A DNA stretch of 63,590 nt, filler included, from an uncultured Gemmatimonadota bacterium (GCA_964576115.1; 22 parts of 22 records of this genome joined end to end with filler, not necessarily neighbours in it), one strand, 5' to 3'; counted from the first letter of the whole stretch, positions 9,575 to 21,960 are shown. Program-made: numbers and translations. The notes: generated by a model from the letters alone, not told the origin.

Positions 9575-10786
9575 TCAGAACGGCCAAACAGCCGGCACAA
9601 GTAACACGATAGCGATGAGGACCATGAAGGTCAGCGGCAGTCCCAGACGCATGTAATCAGTATAGTGGTATCCACCCGGACCGTAGACCATGATGTTGGT
9701 CTGATACCCGATTGGAGTCAGGAACGAGGTTGCTGCAGCCAGAGCCACGGCCATGACGAAGGGCCGGGGATCGAGCCCGAGGTAAGCTGCGGTTGCCACC
9801 GCGATGGGAAACAGCAGCACGGCGGCAGCATTGTTGGTAATGAGCTCGCGCAGCACGACGGTGGCCAGGGCCAGGCCGAGCAGAACCCCGTGCGGACCCA
9901 GGAAACTGAAGGTGCCATTGAGCGACAGAGCGATCTTTTCGGCCAGCCCGCTGGTTTCTACCGCCGCCCCGATCCCGAATGCGGCCGCGATGACGATGAT
10001 GACATCGAAGTCGATGGCGCCCCGGGCCTCGGCCGGGGTCAGCACCCCCAGCAAGACCAGCAGGATGCCGGCCAGCAGGGCGGCGTGCAGGATCGGCATC
10101 AGGTTCAGACCGGCGGCGAGTACTACCGCCAGGGTGATGAGACCGACCTGGGTGCTTTTCTTCGTTACCGAGGGCGGTACTCCGCCCATGCGGGAGATCA
10201 GCAGAAAATCCCGTCGGTAGCGCCAGCGGTCGCGAAAGCCGGGATCGGTGAGCAGAATCAGGTTATCACCCACCCGCAGGCGCACCTCGCCCAACTTGCC
10301 AGACACGCGCTCGCCGGCCTGATGGATGGCGATCACGGCCGCCTGGTACTTGCCCCGGAATCCGAGTTCTTTCAGAGTCTTACCGACCAGGGGGGAAGCG
10401 GCTCCAAGCACAGCTTCGAAAAAGGTGTGGTGAGCGGTATCGAACTGGTCAAGGTGCTTGCGTTCGGTCGAGACCAGACCCGGCGTGCCCTGCAGGTCTA
10501 CGACCAGGTCGGCGTTGCCCACGAAGGTGAGCAGATCGCCGCCGCGCAGGACAGTGTCGGGCGAAACCGGAGCGATGGTCTCACCGTTGCGAGCGATCTG
10601 CACCAGGAAGACCCCCTGCAGCTGTCGCAGGTGCCCTTCGGACACCGTCCGGCCGTCGAGTGCGCTGCCTTGTTGCACCTCCATATTGACTGAAAATTCG
10701 CGCTCCGATTCTTCGAGGTCGCGCCGGGCCGGAACGCGCTCGGGCAGCAGGCGGTGGGCGAAAAGGACAATCACGAGCAGACCGCA
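9575..10786 (-). CDS. SLC13/CitMHS-type anion permease with TrkA-C domains, 5'-truncated
   Basis: Two TrkA-C-like segments, ITNNAAA and TPIGYQTNIMVYGPGGY. Confidence 0.9.
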   Translation of the reverse strand, partial: CGLLVIVLFAHRLLPERVPARRDLEESEREFSVNMEVQQGSALDGRTVSEGHLRQLQGVFLVQIARNGETIAPVSPDTVLRGGDLLTFVGNADLVVDLQGTPGLVSTERKHLDQFDTAHHTFFEAVLGAASPLVGKTLKELGFRGKYQAAVIAIHQAGERVSGKLGEVRLRVGDNLILLTDPGFRDRWRYRRDFLLISRMGGVPPSVTKKSTQVGLITLAVVLAAGLNLMPILHAALLAGILLVLLGVLTPAEARGAIDFDVIIVIAAAFGIGAAVETSGLAEKIALSLNGTFSFLGPHGVLLGLALATVVLRELITNNAAAVLLFPIAVATAAYLGLDPRPFVMAVALAAATSFLTPIGYQTNIMVYGPGGYHYTDYMRLGLPLTFMVLIAIVLLVPAVWPF

Positions 10787-10886
10787 NNNNNNNNNNNNNN
10801 NNNNNNNNNNNNNNNNNNNNNNNNNNNNNNTTAATTAATTAANNNNNNNNNNNNNNNNNNNNNNNNNNNNNNNNNNNNNNNNNNNN

Positions 10887-11714
10887 CGTCGTGGATGTCG
10901 TCTGCAGTGTGGCCGGTCTGCGCGAACTGGGTCCCGAACGGATCATCGCCACTCCTCCCCGTGAAGGGCACGGCGAGGTGCAGGCGAGTCACGGAACCCT
11001 GCCGGTACCGGTACCGGCGACCCTGGTTCTGCTCGAGGGGGTCGAGCTGGAACGCATTGATGTCGAGGGAGAACTCGTCACTCCCACCGGCGCCGCTCTG
11101 CTCGTCACCCTGGCCGATGAGATCACCCGCACCTTCACGATCCGCCCCGAGCGTATCGGGTACGGGGCGGGCTCGCGCGATCTGCCCGGGCGGCCCAACC
11201 TGCTGCGCGGCACCCTGGGCGAGAGTGAATCACCGACAGCCGGCGGCAGAGACGAGGTCGTCGTCCTCGAAACCGTGGTGGACGATGCGGTGCCCGAGAT
11301 CTGGCCCCGGGTGATCGAGAGACTGATCGAGGCCGGCGCTCGTGACGCCTGGCTGACACCGGTTATGATGAAGAAGGGACGGCCGGGAGTTCAGCTGACG
11401 GCTCTGGCCGAACCCGGCCGGGAAGCCGAAATCGCCCGATTGATCTTCTCCGAATCGCCGACTCTCGGTCTGCGCCTGAGCCGGACGGAACGGATCGTCA
11501 CACTCAGGGCGGCCGGAACTCTGAGAACTCGCCTGGGTCCGATAGAGGTCAAACTCTCCCGGGTTTCGTCCGATCAGGCCTGGGAGATACACCCGGAATT
11601 CGAGGCCTGCCGGGCGGCCGCGGACCGCCACGGCCTCAGCCTGCGCCAGGTCTATGCCGAGATCGCACGGGCCGGTGCCGAGCCGGAGGCCCTCGAGGTG
11701 GAGGAGGCCGAGTC

Positions 11715-11718
<4 letters not shown>
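10887..11718 (+). CDS. larC: Nickel pincer cofactor biosynthesis protein LarC, 5'-truncated
   Basis: HGTLPVPVPAT, GELVTPTGAA, GYGAG, MKKGRPG and PEFE motifs. Confidence 0.9.
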
Positions 11719-14019
<2,301 letters not shown>

Positions 14020-14020
<1 letters not shown>

Positions 14021-14212
14021 TGGGCGGCGGCGAGGCCGAGCGCGGTTTCCGGCGATTCAGACGCCCCCGCATGCCAGATCGTCTGCCGGCCCGCCGGCTG
14101 GTCTGGATAGTGGCGGCCGCGGTCCTCTTCTACCTGCTGGTCCTGAGCGATTTCGGTCTGCTCAGACGATGGCGTCTGGCGCGCGAAACGTCGGCTTTCG
14201 AAGCCCGCCTGG
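14020..14212 (+). CDS. ftsB: Septum formation initiator FtsB/DivIC, 3'-truncated
   Basis: Directly after eno (conserved order); one TM helix then DFGLL and start of a coiled coil. Confidence 0.7.
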
Positions 14213-14312
14213 NNNNNNNNNNNNNNNNNNNNNNNNNNNNNNNNNNNNNNNNNNNNTTAATTAATTAANNNNNNNNNNNNNNNNNNNNNNNNNNNNNNNN
14301 NNNNNNNNNNNN

Positions 14313-14795
14313 CGGGGCGAGATGGCGGTCTGGCTGGCCCGTGAGGAGTCCGCGGCCCGAGCGCGCGGAGCCCCCACCCTGGCTTCGCAAGCCCGGGTGT
14401 CGACGTCGTACGGTTCGAATCCGGGAGCGGTGAACGACCTGCTCGAGCCGGCCTCCTCGGGCGATCACGACGTACCCTACTATCATTTCTGGCCGCACAA
14501 GGGGACCACCGAGTGGCTGCAGTACGATTTCGACTCACCGGCCGAGATCTCGACGGTCGAGGTCTACTTCTTCGACGACACCGGCCGGGGGGAGTGTCGG
14601 ATCCCGGCCTCGTGGCGCCTGCTCTACCGCGAGGCCGGCCGCTGGCGACCGGTCTGGACCGGGCAGACCTGGGGCACCGAGATCGACGCCTGGAACACGG
14701 TCGTTTTCGAGACGGTCCGCACCGACGCGGTGCGCCTGGAAATCACCGCCCGGCCCGACTGGGCCGGCGGAGTGCACGAATGGAGGGTCAGGTGA
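14313..14795 (+). CDS. C-terminus of a GH127-family hydrolase with discoidin/F5-8-like accessory domain, 5'-truncated
   Basis: GEMAVWL end of GH127 domain followed by WPHKGTTEWLQYDF...YFFDDTG.GECRIP.SW. Confidence 0.75.
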   Translation, partial: RGEMAVWLAREESAARARGAPTLASQARVSTSYGSNPGAVNDLLEPASSGDHDVPYYHFWPHKGTTEWLQYDFDSPAEISTVEVYFFDDTGRGECRIPASWRLLYREAGRWRPVWTGQTWGTEIDAWNTVVFETVRTDAVRLEITARPDWAGGVHEWRVR

Positions 14796-16906
14796 TGAGC
14801 CACCGGACTTCTTTCCCCTGCCGTGTCTCCTCTCTCTCCTTCTTCCTCTGTATCTCGGGTACCCTCATCCTGCTCGCCGCCTGCACGCGGGTTCCCCGGG
14901 AGGGTTACCCCATCACGCCGGTGCCCTTCGCCGAGGTCGAGGTGCACGACGACTTCTGGTCGCCGCGTCTGGAGACCAACGCCACCGTGACCCTCGATCA
15001 CGTCCTCGATCAGTGCCAGCAGACGGGGCGGCTGGCCAACTTCGACGCCGCCGCGGCGATGATCGAAGCCGGCCGCACGACCGCGGCCGAGCCGGCCGCC
15101 GCCGATGCCGCTGCCATTCCGGGGACGGTGACCGTTGGGCACCAGGGCTATTTCTTCAATGACTCCGATGTGTACAAGATCATCGAGGGGGCGGCCAACT
15201 CGCTGCGCCTGTACCCCGATCCCGGCCTGCAGGCCCGGGTGCAGGAGATCGTGAACCGGATCGCGACGGCCCAGGAACCCGACGGCTACCTCTACACCGC
15301 CCGCACCGCCATGACCCCCAATCACCTCCCCCCCGGGGGCGTCGAGCGCTGGTCGGATGTGCAGTGGGGACACGAGCTATACTGCGCCGGGCACCTGTAC
15401 GAAGGGGCGGTGGCCTGGCACGAGGCCACCGGCGACCGGACCCTGCTCGAGGTCGCGGTGCGCAACGCCGACCTGATCGATGCCGTCTTCGGGCCCGACG
15501 GACGGCGCTATCCGCCGGGGCACGAGCAGATCGAGATGGGGCTGGTGCGGCTCTGGCGGGCCACCGGGCAGGAGCGTTACTTCGATCTGGCCGCCTTCTT
15601 CATCGCCGCCCGCGGCGACTCGACCGGTCACCCCCTTTACGGCGAGTACGCCCAGGACCACAAACCGGTCTCGGAGCAGACCGGGGCCGTCGGGCACGCC
15701 GTACGGGCGGCCTACCTCTACTCAGGCCTGGCCGATGTGGCGGTCGTGACCGGCAGGGCCGGCTACCTGCAGGCTCTGGACCGGATCTGGACCGATGCGG
15801 TCGGCACCAAGCTCTACGTCACCGGCGGGATCGGCGCCACCGGGGGCAACGAGGGTTTCAGTCACCCGTACGTGCTGCCCAACGAGAGCGCTTACTGCGA
15901 GACCTGCGCCTCGATCGCCAACGCCATGTGGAACCACCGCCTGTTCCTGCTCAAAGGTGAGGCCCGCTATCTCGACGTGCTCGAGCGGACCGTCTATAAC
16001 GCCTTTCTGTCCGGGATCTCGCTCACCGGCGATCGCTTCTTCTATCCCAACCGGCTGGCGTCAGCTGAAGGCGCCGAGCGCTCGGCCTGGTTCAACTGCG
16101 CCTGCTGCCCCTCCAACGTGGTGCGCTTTCTGCCCGCCCTGCCCGGTTATGTCTACGCCCACGCCGGCGACAAGCTCTACGTCAACCTCTTCGTTGCCTC
16201 CACCGCCACCGTCCCCCTCGCGGGAGGCCCGGTCCGGATCACCCAGCAGAGCCGCTACCCGTGGAACGGGGTCATCACCGTGCGGCCCGTACCGGCCGAG
16301 GCGGGGCAGCGCTTCACCCTCAACCTCCGCTGCCCCGGCTGGGCGCAGAACGAGGTGGTTCCGAGCGATCTCTACCGCTTCACCGACACCTTCGAGGTCC
16401 AACCGGCCCTGTTCGTCAACGGCGAGCGGCAGCCCCTGCGCCTGCACCACGGGTTCATCCGCATCCGGCGGGCCTGGCAGGAGGGCGACGAGGTCAAACT
16501 GCTGCTGCCGATGCCGATCCGCCGGATCACCGCTCACCAGGCGGTCGAAGCCGACCGCGGCCGGGTGGCCCTGCAGCAGGGGCCGATCGTCTACTGCCTG
16601 GAGGCGGTCGATACCGACAACATCACCGTCGGCGATTTCGTCCTGCCCCCCGAAGCCGGCCTGAGATCGGAGTTCGTGGTCGACCTGCTGGGCGGGGCGC
16701 AGGTCATCCACGGCCGGGGTCTCTCGACCCGCCGGGGGATAGACGGCACCACCATCGAGGAGCGCCCGGTGGCCTTCACGGCCATCCCCTATCATCTCTG
16801 GGCCCACCGCAGCCGACTGCCGATGCAGGTCTGGCTGGCCGCCTCACCCGGCGCGGCCGAGCCGCTGTCAGCCACGGCCGACTCCACGACGGGAAACCAC
16901 CACTGA
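14795..16906 (+). CDS. GH127 beta-L-arabinofuranosidase-like lipoprotein
   Basis: DSDVYK, HELYCAGH, GHAVRA, YCETCA and CACCP motifs; lipobox LAAC. Confidence 0.93.
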   Translation: MSHRTSFPCRVSSLSFFLCISGTLILLAACTRVPREGYPITPVPFAEVEVHDDFWSPRLETNATVTLDHVLDQCQQTGRLANFDAAAAMIEAGRTTAAEPAAADAAAIPGTVTVGHQGYFFNDSDVYKIIEGAANSLRLYPDPGLQARVQEIVNRIATAQEPDGYLYTARTAMTPNHLPPGGVERWSDVQWGHELYCAGHLYEGAVAWHEATGDRTLLEVAVRNADLIDAVFGPDGRRYPPGHEQIEMGLVRLWRATGQERYFDLAAFFIAARGDSTGHPLYGEYAQDHKPVSEQTGAVGHAVRAAYLYSGLADVAVVTGRAGYLQALDRIWTDAVGTKLYVTGGIGATGGNEGFSHPYVLPNESAYCETCASIANAMWNHRLFLLKGEARYLDVLERTVYNAFLSGISLTGDRFFYPNRLASAEGAERSAWFNCACCPSNVVRFLPALPGYVYAHAGDKLYVNLFVASTATVPLAGGPVRITQQSRYPWNGVITVRPVPAEAGQRFTLNLRCPGWAQNEVVPSDLYRFTDTFEVQPALFVNGERQPLRLHHGFIRIRRAWQEGDEVKLLLPMPIRRITAHQAVEADRGRVALQQGPIVYCLEAVDTDNITVGDFVLPPEAGLRSEFVVDLLGGAQVIHGRGLSTRRGIDGTTIEERPVAFTAIPYHLWAHRSRLPMQVWLAASPGAAEPLSATADSTTGNHH

Positions 16907-16928
16907 CCGATCAGGTAAGGAGAGAAGG

Positions 16929-17558
16929 ATGAGGACACCTATCGTACCACTCGCCGCGGGCGCCCTCCTGCTCGTGGCGGGAACCCTCCTGCTCGTCCCG
17001 GCTCCTGCCGCAGCCCAGCAGCCCCTCTTCGACGAGTGGTTCGAGGACGCCACCATGCGGGTGGACTTCCACCAGACCGGCAACGCCGAGGAGTTCTTCT
17101 TCTCGATCGACCAGATGTACCGACAGGGCCGCTGGGCGGGCAACCCCCGCCGCCCGGTGGACGATTTCAACAGCGGCATGTACTACGTCAAGGTCTACAG
17201 CCTGGCTTCGAACCGGCTCATCTATGCCCGTGGTTTCCAGACCCTGTTCGGCGAGTACCAGACCACCGACCCGGCCATCGACGGCGTCATGCGTTCCTAC
17301 CTGCAGACCGCCCTCATCCCCTGGCCGAAGGCGGCGGTGCGCTTCGTGATCGAAGGCCGGGGGCCGGGCAACCTGCTGGTACCGCTGTTCAGCGCCCGAA
17401 TCGATCCGGGCGATGTGAACATCGTCCGCGAAGCATCGGACGAACGGATCGAGGTGTTCGAGATCGAGATCGGCGGCGACTGTCACGACATGGTCGACTT
17501 CGCCCTGGTGGCCGAGGGGTACACCGCGGCCGAGAAGGAGAAGTTCCGGGCCGATGCG
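16929..17558 (+). CDS. M64 (IgA peptidase-like) metallopeptidase, 3'-truncated
   Basis: Signal peptide, TMRVDFHQTG N-terminal domain, VAEGYTAAEKEKF start of the M64 domain. Confidence 0.82.
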
Positions 17559-17658
17559 NNNNNNNNNNNNNNNNNNNNNNNNNNNNNNNNNNNNNNNNNN
17601 NNTTAATTAATTAANNNNNNNNNNNNNNNNNNNNNNNNNNNNNNNNNNNNNNNNNNNN

Positions 17659-17909
17659 GGGGGCGGGTGGCGCTGCTTTTTCTCGGCCGGGCGGGCCGGC
17701 TCGTTCTGCCCGGTCTGGTGGTCGGCCTGGGCGGCACCCTGGCCCTGGCCCGGGTTCTGGGCAGCATGGTTTTCGGGATCGGCGCCCTGAATCCCCTGAT
17801 TCTGACCGCCACGGCCGGAGTGATGGTCGCGGTGGCGCTGGCGGCGACGGCTCTGCCGGTCCGGCGGGCCACGGGTGTGGATCCACTCGCGGTCCTGCGG
17901 GCGGAATAA
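17659..17909 (+). CDS. C-terminus of ADOP-like ABC permease (copy A)
   Basis: PVRRATGVDPLAVLRAE terminus. Confidence 0.85.
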
Positions 17910-18020
17910 CCACGGAGGGTATCGGATCTGGAATCGGGACCGGGCCCGGGCCTGCGAGGTGAGAGGGAAAGGTGATTCCGTTCCGTGAAACCCGGGTGCC
18001 GAAAACACCGTTTCAATGGT

Positions 18021-18059
18021 TACGAAGAAAATCGTAGACTATACGAAACTATTCGTATA
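18021..18059. promoter_or_regulatory. Tandem putative BlaI operators: TACGA-N6-TCGTA and TATACGAA-N4-TTCGTATA
   Basis: Two inverted repeats 21 bp apart, just upstream of the BlaI RBS; arms conserved in copy B. Confidence 0.8.
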
Positions 18060-18092
18060 TACTCTCGTAGAGTTCTTCACGGAGGGCACGCA

Positions 18093-18503
18093 ATGGCACG
18101 TACACCGAGCACCAGACCGACCGACGCCGAACTGGCGATCCTGCAGATTCTCTGGCAGCGGGGGCCGAGCACGGTCCGCGCCGTGCACGAGGATCTGGGG
18201 CGGACCACCGGTACGGGCTACACCACGGTTCTGAAAACGATGCAGATCATGTTCGAGAAAGGCCTCGTGGAACGAGACGAGTCGCAGCGGGCGCACATCT
18301 ACACCCCCGCCCGACCGGCCGAGGAGATGCAGCGCTCGCTGGTGCACGATCTGGCCGATCGCGCTTTCGAGGGTTCGGCCGCCCGGCTGGTGATGCAGGC
18401 TCTGTCATCCGAGCGCGCCTCGGCCGAAGAGCTGGCTGAGATCCGGCGCTACCTCGACGGGCTCGAATCACAGGCCCGGGAAGACAGGGAGTCTTCGGGC
18501 TGA
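18093..18503 (+). CDS. BlaI/MecI/CopY-family repressor (copy A)
   Basis: PTDAELAILQILW..GPSTVR.VH...GYTTVLKTMQIMFEKGLV...AHIY. Confidence 0.95.
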   Translation: MARTPSTRPTDAELAILQILWQRGPSTVRAVHEDLGRTTGTGYTTVLKTMQIMFEKGLVERDESQRAHIYTPARPAEEMQRSLVHDLADRAFEGSAARLVMQALSSERASAEELAEIRRYLDGLESQAREDRESSG

Positions 18504-20827
18504 TGTTCCCGGGTCTGGCCGGCATCTTCAGAACCCTGATTCTGCCCGTCACGTGGGGCCTGCTCCACTTCATCTGGCAGGGGGCTCTGGTAGCGCTTCT
18601 GCTGGGCGGCCTGCTCCTGATCCTGAAACGAAGCCGGCCCCAGCTGCGCTACCTGCTCAGCTGTACCGCCCTGCTGCTCATGATCGTCCTGCCGATCGTC
18701 ACCGCCCTGCAGCACATCCAACCGCTCGCAGTTGACGAGAGTGGATTGCTACTGCTGGGGGATGAAACCGATCTCGGGCTCGTACAGGCGGAAACCGGGG
18801 CCGAACGCGCGCTCGCCGAGAGCCCGATCACCCGACCGACCGAGGGCGACCTGGCGACGGAGCCGGCGAGTGACGACCGAAGCCGCGCGGTGCCCTGGCT
18901 GGTGCGCACCCGGCTCTTCACGCTTCTGCCCGGGCCCGATTCGTTCATGATCATCTTCATGCTCTGGTTCACCGGCGTGATCGTCTTCGGGTTCGTCCAC
19001 CTGCTTGGCTGGCGGCGGGTGCATCACCTGGCCCACCACGGTACCTCGCCCCTGCCCGAGAACTGGTCCGAAACGGTCGCCGAACTCACCGCCCGGCTGC
19101 ACAACGTGGGCCGGGTGCGCGTGGTGCAGTCGGCTCTGGCCGCCGTACCGACCGTGATCGGCTGGCTGCGTCCGGTGATCCTCGTACCGGTCAGCGCCTT
19201 TACCGGCCTCGACCCCGAACACCTGCGGGCGATTCTGGCCCACGAACTGGCCCACGTGCAGCGTTTCGACTACCTGGTCAACCTGCTCCAGGTGGGCGCC
19301 GAAACCGTGCTCTTCTACCACCCCGCCGTCTGGTGGGTCTCGCGGCGGATCCGCCGCGAACGCGAACTGTGCTGCGACGATATCGCCGTCGCCCTGTGCG
19401 GTGACCGTCTGCTCTACGCCCGGGCGCTGCTCACGCTCGAAGAGCTGCAGCCCGATCCGCGGCCTGCTCTGGCCGCCACGGGCGGCTCGGTCACCGAACG
19501 CATTCACCGTCTTCTGGGAGGTATTCCCATGTCCGCACGACATCGTACCCGACCGTATCTGGCCGGACTCGTCCTGGTTTCGACCCTGCTGCTCGGTTGC
19601 TCGGTACTGGCTCTGGAAGCCGATGCCACTACCCGCCGGGCCGACGACCAGACCGCCCAGGCGTCCGCAGTGCCGCCTGTTCCGAGCGTTCCCCCTCCGG
19701 CGTCGACGGCCGAGGTGCCGGCCGTCCCCCCACCCGCCACCTGGCAGGGTAGCGAGCAGGAGCCGTGGCAGGGCCGGTGGGAGATCCACACCGGCGAGAA
19801 CGGCGTGCACCTCCAGCTGCGCTACGGTCCCGAGGGCGAGCGCGAGAGCGGTTGGGGCACTGCGATTGCCGAGAACCGTTTTACCGGTCTGGAGTACAGC
19901 GACCGGGACGAGTTCGAACTGCGCGCCGAGGCCGGCACCATAAGTTTCACCGGCACCTTCTCCCGTACCCAATGGGGCCATGAGGGCGCCGGCACCTATA
20001 CCTTCAGCCCCAATCGCGATTTCCCCCGTAGTCTGGAGCGTCTGGGAATCGGCGACGTGCGCGACCGCCACCTGCTGGGCTATGCCATGGGCGGGGTCAC
20101 GCTCGAGATGGTGCGCGGCGTACAGGATCAGGGGTACCGCGACCTGGATGCCGACGAAGTGATGGAGATGTCCATCTTCAAGGTCACGCCCGCCTTCATC
20201 CGCGAGCTGCAGCAGCTCGGCTACCGGGATCTGTCTTTCCGGAGTCTGGTCGAATTCCGCATCCACGGCGTGACCCCCGAGTACATCCGCGAGATGGGCC
20301 GTCACGGGTTCGAACTGGACGAGCGGGGGCTGGTCGAGTTCCGCATTCACGGCGTGAATCCCGAGTTCATGCGCGAGATGGCCGGACTGGGCTACCGCGA
20401 TCTGGGTTCGCGTCAACTGGTCGAGTTCCGTATCCACGGCGTGACCCCCGAGTTCGTGCGGGCTCTCAGCGAACTGGACTACAGCAATCTCGACGCCCGC
20501 CAGCTGGTCGAATTCCGCATTCACGGGGTGACCCCCGAGTTCATCCGGGGCCTGCAGCGCGACGGGTATGAGGATCTCACTCCCCGCCGGCTGGTGGAGT
20601 ACCGCATTCACGGTGTGAGTCCCGAATATGCCCGCGAGATGGAGCGCAGCGGCGTGGAAGGGGTGGACCGGGACGACCTGGTCGAGTTCCGCATCCACGG
20701 GGTGACCCCGGAGTTCGTCAGCGCTCTGGCCGAGCTCGGCTACACCGACCTGTCGGGTCGCGATCTGATCGAGTTCCGCATCCACGGGGTGAGCGCCGAG
20801 TACGTGCGCGGTCTGAACGGTATGGGC
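18503..20827 (+). CDS. M56 (BlaR1-like) membrane metallopeptidase with C-terminal tandem-repeat extracytoplasmic domain (copy A), 3'-truncated
   Basis: LLHFIWQG, HELAH (HExxH), FYHPAVWW, ERELCCD; TGATG coupling to blaI. Confidence 0.93.
20069..20827 (+). repeat. ~29-aa (87-nt) coding repeat, at least 9 units, consensus LVEFRIHGVTPEF/YIRxLxxxGYxDL
   Basis: Seven units contain RIHGV, plus two degenerate leading units; array runs to the contig end. Confidence 0.95.
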
Positions 20828-20979
20828 NNNNNNNNNNNNNNNNNNNNNNNNNNNNNNNNNNNNNNNNNNNNTTAATTAATTAANNNNNNNNNNNNNNNNN
20901 NNNNNNNNNNNNNNNNNNNNNNNNNNNGGTGCGATGAGTTCTTGTCGCTGTTCCTCCGAAGGCGTTGATTGCCTCTGTC

Positions 20980-21960
20980 ATGCGTTACGTATTCGGACCC
21001 GTTTTCTCCCGCCGTCTGGGACAATCCCTGGGGGTCGATCCGATCCCGCAGAAGACCTGCAACTGGAACTGTGTCTACTGTCAGCTGGGACGGACCACCC
21101 CGATGACCAACGAGATCGCCGAGTGGGTCCCGGCCGAGGAAATCGTGGACCAGGTCGAGGCCGCGGTCACCGCGGCCGGCCCGGGGGGGGTCGACTGGGT
21201 GACTTTCGTGGGTTCGGGGGAACCCACCCTGCACGTCCGGATCGGGTGGATGATCACAGAGGTGAACAGGCGGACCGGTATTCCGGTCGCCGTCATTACC
21301 AACGGTTCCCTTCTCTGGCGGCCCGAGGTGCGGACCGCACTTGCCGCCGCCGACGCGGTTCTGCCCAGCCTCGATGCGGGCAGTCCCGAACTGTACCGGA
21401 AGGTCAATCGGCCTCACCCCGAGATCACCTTCGAGCGGCTCGTCGAAGGTCTCGAGGCTTTCCGGAAGGAATACTCCGGCCGGCTCTGGATCGAAACGGT
21501 TCTGGTCGAAGGGCTCAACGACACCGAGGAAGCCCTGCGCGACCTGGCTGTCGTGCTGGAACGGATCGGTCCCGACGAGGTCCACGTCAACGTTCCTAAC
21601 CGTCCCCCGGCCGAAACCTGGGTTCGACCGGCCGGTGAAGAAGGGCTGCTTCGGGCGGCGGCGATCCTCGGGGATGTGGCCCGCATCGTGCATTCCGAGA
21701 GCGGCCGGCACAATCTCGATGGATATACCGATGTGGTGGAGGCCATCCTCGACATCATCAGCCGGCACCCGATGCGCGAGGACGAACTGATCCGAACGCT
21801 CGAAGAGTATTTCCCCGGCCAGGCCGAGAGTGCCCTGGAAAAGCTCCGGACCAGCGGTCGGGCCCACCTGGTGGAGCGGGTCGGTACCCGTTTCTGGAGT
21901 GGTGCGGAAGGGTACTACCCCGACCAGCCCGGCGACGATTCAGACGATCGGGACGGTTAA
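20980..21960 (+). CDS. Radical SAM protein (TYW1/COG0731-like, function unknown)
   Basis: YVFGPV.SRRLG.SLG, CNWNCVYC (CxxxCxxC), GSGEPTL, ITNGSLL. Confidence 0.92.
   Translation: MRYVFGPVFSRRLGQSLGVDPIPQKTCNWNCVYCQLGRTTPMTNEIAEWVPAEEIVDQVEAAVTAAGPGGVDWVTFVGSGEPTLHVRIGWMITEVNRRTGIPVAVITNGSLLWRPEVRTALAAADAVLPSLDAGSPELYRKVNRPHPEITFERLVEGLEAFRKEYSGRLWIETVLVEGLNDTEEALRDLAVVLERIGPDEVHVNVPNRPPAETWVRPAGEEGLLRAAAILGDVARIVHSESGRHNLDGYTDVVEAILDIISRHPMREDELIRTLEEYFPGQAESALEKLRTSGRAHLVERVGTRFWSGAEGYYPDQPGDDSDDRDG

Noticed and set aside
20240-20800. 87-nt periodic DNA repeats resembling a CRISPR array
   Set aside because: In-frame coding repeats with third-position variation; no unique spacers or cas genes.
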